DNA of 29,235 nucleotides, from positions 1 through 29,235 of the forward strand of contig NW_021836627.1 of the NCBI RefSeq assembly GCF_006345805.1. Reading direction: 5' to 3'. The translations under genes were made by a program, and so were the position numbers. Shown piece after piece: positions 24,737 through 29,235 of the stretch (position 1 is the stretch's first letter; each line of letters begins with the position of its first letter). Source of the DNA: Octopus sinensis. Lineage: Eukaryota. The notes beneath the pieces were generated by a model. The model did not search any database, was not told where the DNA came from, and worked only from the letters and a program-made list of their open reading frames with translations.

Positions 24737-24824
24737 ATGCAGCTGAGGATAGCTCTGCATTTAAATTAATGTAATGATTGCATTGTTCAATTAAATGGAG
24801 CCGCATGAAACGATCGTACTGCAT
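24737..24824 (+). ncRNA. Type I hammerhead ribozyme motif (long, imperfect stem II)
   Basis: atgcag CTGAGGA ta gctc..catttaa...ttaaatg gagc cgcat GAAA cgatcg TA ctgcat; 6-bp stem I. Confidence 0.75.
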
Positions 24825-24948
24825 CAGCTCTTGTTATCCAGTTGCTTATTTTGCTTTTATTCACCTTACTTCGAGCTGTGCAAATAATACCGCACTAACT
24901 TGGTGCTTCAACTTAAATACCTAATTCAACTGAATCTCAATTATTTCT

Positions 24949-24980
<32 letters not shown>

Positions 24981-25009
24981 TGTATGTATGTATGGGATAT
25001 ATGTTCGGT

Positions 25010-25330
25010 ATCGATCTTCTGGCCGTCTTTTCAACCGCGTCGATTAGCTGCCAGTTCAAAAACTTTCCAGTCTCTTATTCGTGACCTCCTTTATACGGAT
25101 GACTGTGACTTAGGCACTCATACAGCGGATGATATGCAAATACTTGTGAATCCTATTTCTGCTTCTTGCATGGTATTTGGACTCAGCCTTAGCCTGGACA
25201 AGACTGCTGCAATGTTCCAGCCTGCACTAGGAAATCCATATGTGGAACCAGCTATCTTGGTTGAAGGAACAATACTGAAAGTGGTAGATATCACTATCTA
25301 CGGTGAATAAGCAACTGGATATCAAGAGAT
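25010..25330 (+). mobile_element. RTE LINE RT fragment (copy 1)
   Basis: RRLAASSK...IRDLLYTDDC...DMQ...FGLSLSLDKTAAMFQPA (YADD-type motif). Confidence 0.9.
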
Positions 25331-25365
25331 GATGCAGTACGACCGTTTCAAGCGGCTCCATTTAA

Positions 25366-26132
25366 TTGAACTAAAGAGAGTCAACTAGTTCGGCTATATG
25401 GGGGTCACAATCTCGTCAGATGCTAAAATTGACAAAGAAGTTGATAAGAGACTGCTCAAAGCAATCAGAGCATTCGGAAAACTGTACAAAAGAGTCTGGA
25501 ATAATAACCATCCGAAGAAAGAGACCAAGATCAATGTATACAGAGCTGTCGTTCTGACCACCCACTTGTAGGCTCCGCCTACGACTTCTTGAGCGATTCT
25601 ATCAGCGCTGCCTCTGCATCGTCCTCAGCATCCACTGGAGTGACTTTGTCTCTAACATCGCGGTCCTAGTGCAGGCGAAGGTCACCAACATCGAAGCAAC
25701 TCTGCTGGAGATGCAGCTTGGTTGGACAGGGCACGTCACCAAGTCAGAGTATCCGCGATTTTCCAAGATCTCGCTGTATAGTAAACTCTCCTCTAGTCAT
25801 CGTGATGGAGGAGCACCAAGGAAGAGGAACAAAGAGTATCAAAAGGAATCCTTTATTGCCTACCACATTGATCACCACCAGTGTTCTGTTTCTTACCGTG
25901 AAGTCTGGCGTCTCACTAATCACCTAGCAACGGCCTCGTTTGAAGACAACCGCAGGACCATTCTTGCAGATATGAAAAAAAGGAGGAAGCACAAGGACTT
26001 TTCCACCAACATGATCAGACTACCTTTCCATGCAACCTCTACGGTCGTTCCTATTTTTCTGAATAAGACTCGTCTGGTATCAGCAAACTTGTAACAGACG
26101 TGGACATCCACTTTCGTAAATCTTCGCTCGCC
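25366..26132 (+). mobile_element. RTE LINE 3' part (copy 2), ending at (GATA)n
   Basis: FGYMGVTISSDAKIDKEVDKRL.KA..AFGKLYKRVW...TKINVYRAVVLT...LERFYQRCL..ILSIHW-like...QLGWTGHV...LYSKL...GAPRKR. Confidence 0.92.
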
Positions 26133-26233
<101 letters not shown>

Positions 26234-26354
26234 AGACAATTATGGCCGGTTGAAAGGATTACCCAGGGTTTCGCATCCATACCATATATTTATTTATATG
26301 TATGTATATGTGTGTGTATTTATATTTATAACGTAACCTTATGTACTTTCTAAA

Positions 26355-26478
26355 ATCTCTGACGAAGCCTAGAGAAACACCCAAGTACCTCAATTTCATC
26401 TACTAATTACTTCAGTCTACTGGAGAGATAAAGGTAGAATGAAGTATTTTTGCCTCTTGGCTGAAACAGCTGTAAGAT
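26355..26478 (+). ncRNA. Type I hammerhead ribozyme motif with a large stem II insertion
   Basis: atct CTGACGA agcc t agag ... ctct t ggct GAAA cagctg TA agat; all core bases canonical; predicted cleavage after GUA at 26474. Confidence 0.85.
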
Positions 26479-26679
26479 ATTTTCTCAATTTCTATTCCTG
26501 TATGTTATATATTTTAATATTTACTGATATCTTTGTATATTATATATGTAAAGCATAATGTTATACATGTATGTATATTGTTGTAATTGTCATTTTAGTA
26601 AATAAATAAATAAATTGACATAATATAATGTCGAAAAGTTGATGAATACCACCTATTGATCCAGTCCATTTTCTTATTG

Positions 26680-26754
<75 letters not shown>
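26680..26754. repeat. (CT)n
   Basis: Visible. Confidence 0.98.
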
Positions 26755-26755
<1 letters not shown>

Positions 26756-26801
26756 AAGAAAAAATAGAGTGAAGAAACAACAGAAGACTTGTGTTATATG
26801 T

Positions 26802-26976
26802 TTAAAAAATATATTTAAATTGCCATGTTAGAAAAATGTTATAAAATTTTATCTGTAAAAAAATTTGTGTAATTTGAAAAGAAAACGCGAAGCCGGTTAT
26901 TTCTCCCCAAATAATGTCACTACACACAAAATTTTATAACATTTTTCTAACATGACGATTTAAATATATTCTTTAA
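26802..26976. mobile_element. MITE flanked by TTAA (Kolobok-like termini)
   Basis: 49-bp inverted repeats at 26802-26850 and 26928-26976, 3 mismatches, both beginning TTAA. Confidence 0.75.
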
Positions 26977-27054
26977 CCTTCTACAGTTTTTTCACTCTAT
27001 TTTTTTCTTTTATACATCCAACCACATAATTTCACATACCAATTCTCTCACCCC

Positions 27055-27094
<40 letters not shown>

Positions 27095-27135
27095 TTTCCT
27101 CTGTCTTCCCTTCTCGGGATCTTTCCTTCTCCTTT

Positions 27136-27170
27136 GTTTCCGACGAAGAGCTCTACTCGAAACGTTAAGC
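27136..27170 (+). ncRNA. Variant minimal hammerhead-like motif in a PLE terminal-repeat-like island (27094-27278)
   Basis: gttt CCGACGA a gag-ctcta-ctc GAAA cgt TA agc; U4 to C deviation; island flanked by (TA)n. Confidence 0.45.
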
Positions 27171-27284
27171 CTCCTTCCCTTCTTTCCTGAGCGTCAAATA
27201 ATACTTTAATTGTTCCACGTCCTCGCGTTGCTGTATTTTTTTCTGTGTTTTTCTGTGTTTTCTTGTTTGGATTAACTTTATATG

Positions 27285-27323
<39 letters not shown>

Positions 27324-27391
27324 TATATATAAACATACATATATGTATGTATATATATATGTGTGTGTGTTGTATATATAATATATATATA

Positions 27392-27444
<53 letters not shown>

Positions 27445-27499
27445 TACAAAGGTGAGGACAGACAGAGAGAACTGTAACGCTTCTTTATATGTATAGTAA

Positions 27500-27812
27500 C
27501 AGGGAATGACCACGAGTTAGCTCTTGGAAAGTTACCTCGCAAAGCACAAGTCTGGGCAAGGTTGTTTATGGAAGACCAGCAGCCACCCATGCATACCAGC
27601 CTCCTCTATCCACGCTACTGATGTTATCCAAGGGAAAGGCAAAAGGGCCGATACAGCTTGGCACCTGTGACGTCGCAACTCATTTGTACAGCTGAGAGAA
27701 CTGGAGCAACGTGAAAAAGAGTGTCTTGCTGAAGAACACAACACGCAGCCCTGTCAAGGAATCGAACTCAGTACCTCATGATTGTGATCCCAACGCTCTA
27801 ACCACTAAGCCA
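27500..27812 (-). mobile_element. tRNA-derived SINE (head D, own tail)
   Basis: Minus strand TGGCTTAGTGGTTAGAGC..GAGTTCGATTCC; core shared with 5875-5930. Confidence 0.85.
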
Positions 27813-28029
27813 AGTAACTTATAAACGATGGGAACACTTTCAGTCAGCAGGAAAGGCCGTGTAGTTGGCAGTTTTACAGGACCTCCGAGACTAGTGACAT
27901 TGAGGCAGGAATATAACCTCAAAACAGGGACCTTGACCAAATGTCTGCAAGAAGCAACTTAATGCTAAAAGCACCCAAGGCCCATATGATGCTACTAAAC
28001 CGGACGAGGGGTTAAGTTTACCCAAATAA

Positions 28030-28221
28030 GGCGCGGTGGGATTTGAACTCAGAGGGCAAAGATCCGGAACAAACATCGCAGGATAACTGGTCTAATGCTC
28101 TACCGATTCTGCCAGCCCATTGCGCTGGACTCGTACTTTATTTAATGCCTCCATAAAGAATCGGGAACAAATGCTGTGAAGCATTTCGTCCGATTCCCTA
28201 ACGACTCTGCCAATTCGTCAC
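28030..28221 (-). mobile_element. Two decayed family-C-like SINE heads
   Basis: GATTTGAACTCAGA and two ACGA(T/C)TCTGCCA-like motifs are reverse complements of the family C head. Confidence 0.55.
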
Positions 28222-28223
28222 TA

Positions 28224-28525
28224 GTGTGTGTGTGTGTGTGCGTGTGTGTGTGTATGTGTATGTATGTGTGTGTGTATGTGTGTGCGTGCGTGTGTGCACG
28301 TGCGTATGTGCACGTGTGTGCACGTGCGTGCTTGTGTATGTGTATGTGTGCTTGAATACCTGCGCATGTGTGCGTGGCGTGTGTGTGTGTGTATGTGTGT
28401 GCATGTGAGCACGTCTGTGTTTGTGTGTGTGTGTGTGCGTGCATGCGTGCCTGCATGTGTGTGTGTGTGTGTGTGCGTGCACGTGCGTGCTCATGTATGT
28501 GTATGCGTGCCTGAATATCTGCGCA

Positions 28526-28565
<40 letters not shown>

Positions 28566-28636
28566 TATGCACGGCTCTGTGTGTGCGCGTGTGTGTGTGT
28601 ACGTGTGCGTGTGTTCGTGTATCTATGTGTGTGTGC
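28224..28636. repeat. (TG)n/(TGCG)n compound repeat with an internal duplication
   Basis: Visible; GTGC(T/C)TGAATA(C/T)CTGCGCATG occurs twice. Confidence 0.93.
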
Positions 28637-29029
28637 TCACATTTTACTCAGGAGAGGAAATATAGTCGTGACCTTCGCAGACCCCTCTCCCACAGGGATC
28701 GTTGAGACCTATGCGGATATAATCTCAACTTAAAAATCTAAAGGTCGACGCATGTTAAAACAGACAGACATGGACATGGGCACTTAGCTAGAGTTTATCT
28801 AGAGTTGAATATATTCCCAAGCTTGACAGAAACAGTTTCGTTCAGTCATACTGAAAATTATAAAATTGTGTTTATTTAAGTTGGAAGTGAACGAAAATGA
28901 CGACAGATAATTCAAGGGAGGTAACTTTATCAAGGGACATTATCAAGATTTATCTTCCATCGTCTTTCTCAATAGTGTGTGTGTGTGTGTGTCTGTGTGT
29001 GTCTGTGTGTGTGCGTGTGCGTGTGTGTT

Positions 29030-29106
29030 ATTAATTGATTGGTTCCAAATTTTGGCACACGGCCAGCCATTTCGGGGGAGGGGGATATGTCGATTATATT
29101 GACCCC
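29030..29106 (-). mobile_element. Family C SINE 3' tail
   Basis: Reverse complement resembles 15782-15852. Confidence 0.6.
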
Positions 29107-29109
29107 TTT

Positions 29110-29235
29110 CACTAGCGTAGCTAGAGTGTGTGCCGCCCGGGGTGGCCCTTCCGTTTTTCGCTCCCCTCCCCCATGGAGCCCACAGAAAATAAATATTGCC
29201 TACAACAGACCCAAAAGTGGTGCCCCTTTAAAAGT
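29110..29235. mobile_element. Left end of a probable hAT-like non-autonomous element (runs off the window)
   Basis: Starts CACTAGCGTAGCTAG with GC-rich subterminal GCCGCCCGGGG/GTGCCCC motifs. Confidence 0.4.

Overview
Eukaryotic, AT-rich, repeat-saturated intronic or intergenic DNA with no supportable intact host gene. The SINE families and extreme (TA)n/(CA)n/(CATA)n/(GATA)n density suggest an octopus (coleoid cephalopod) genome; this is inferred from recalled repeat families, not from a search. Nearly all listed ORFs are microsatellite or SINE artefacts. Real content: at least 14 tRNA-derived SINE copies with swapped head and tail modules; decayed LINEs (RTE, CR1-group, restriction-like-endonuclease/R4-like); a Penelope-like GIY-YIG remnant; a mariner/maT-like transposase pseudogene; a Helitron; several MITEs; and a 41-bp palindromic satellite. 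The most notable signals are (1) short islands between microsatellites that carry type I hammerhead ribozyme motifs with palindromic stem III (best at 26355-26478 +, 24398-24443 -, 24737-24824 +), (2) a 562-bp non-coding unit with an identical 80-bp terminal repeat, and (3) a locally templated inverted copy of a hammerhead half that joins two RTE fragments.
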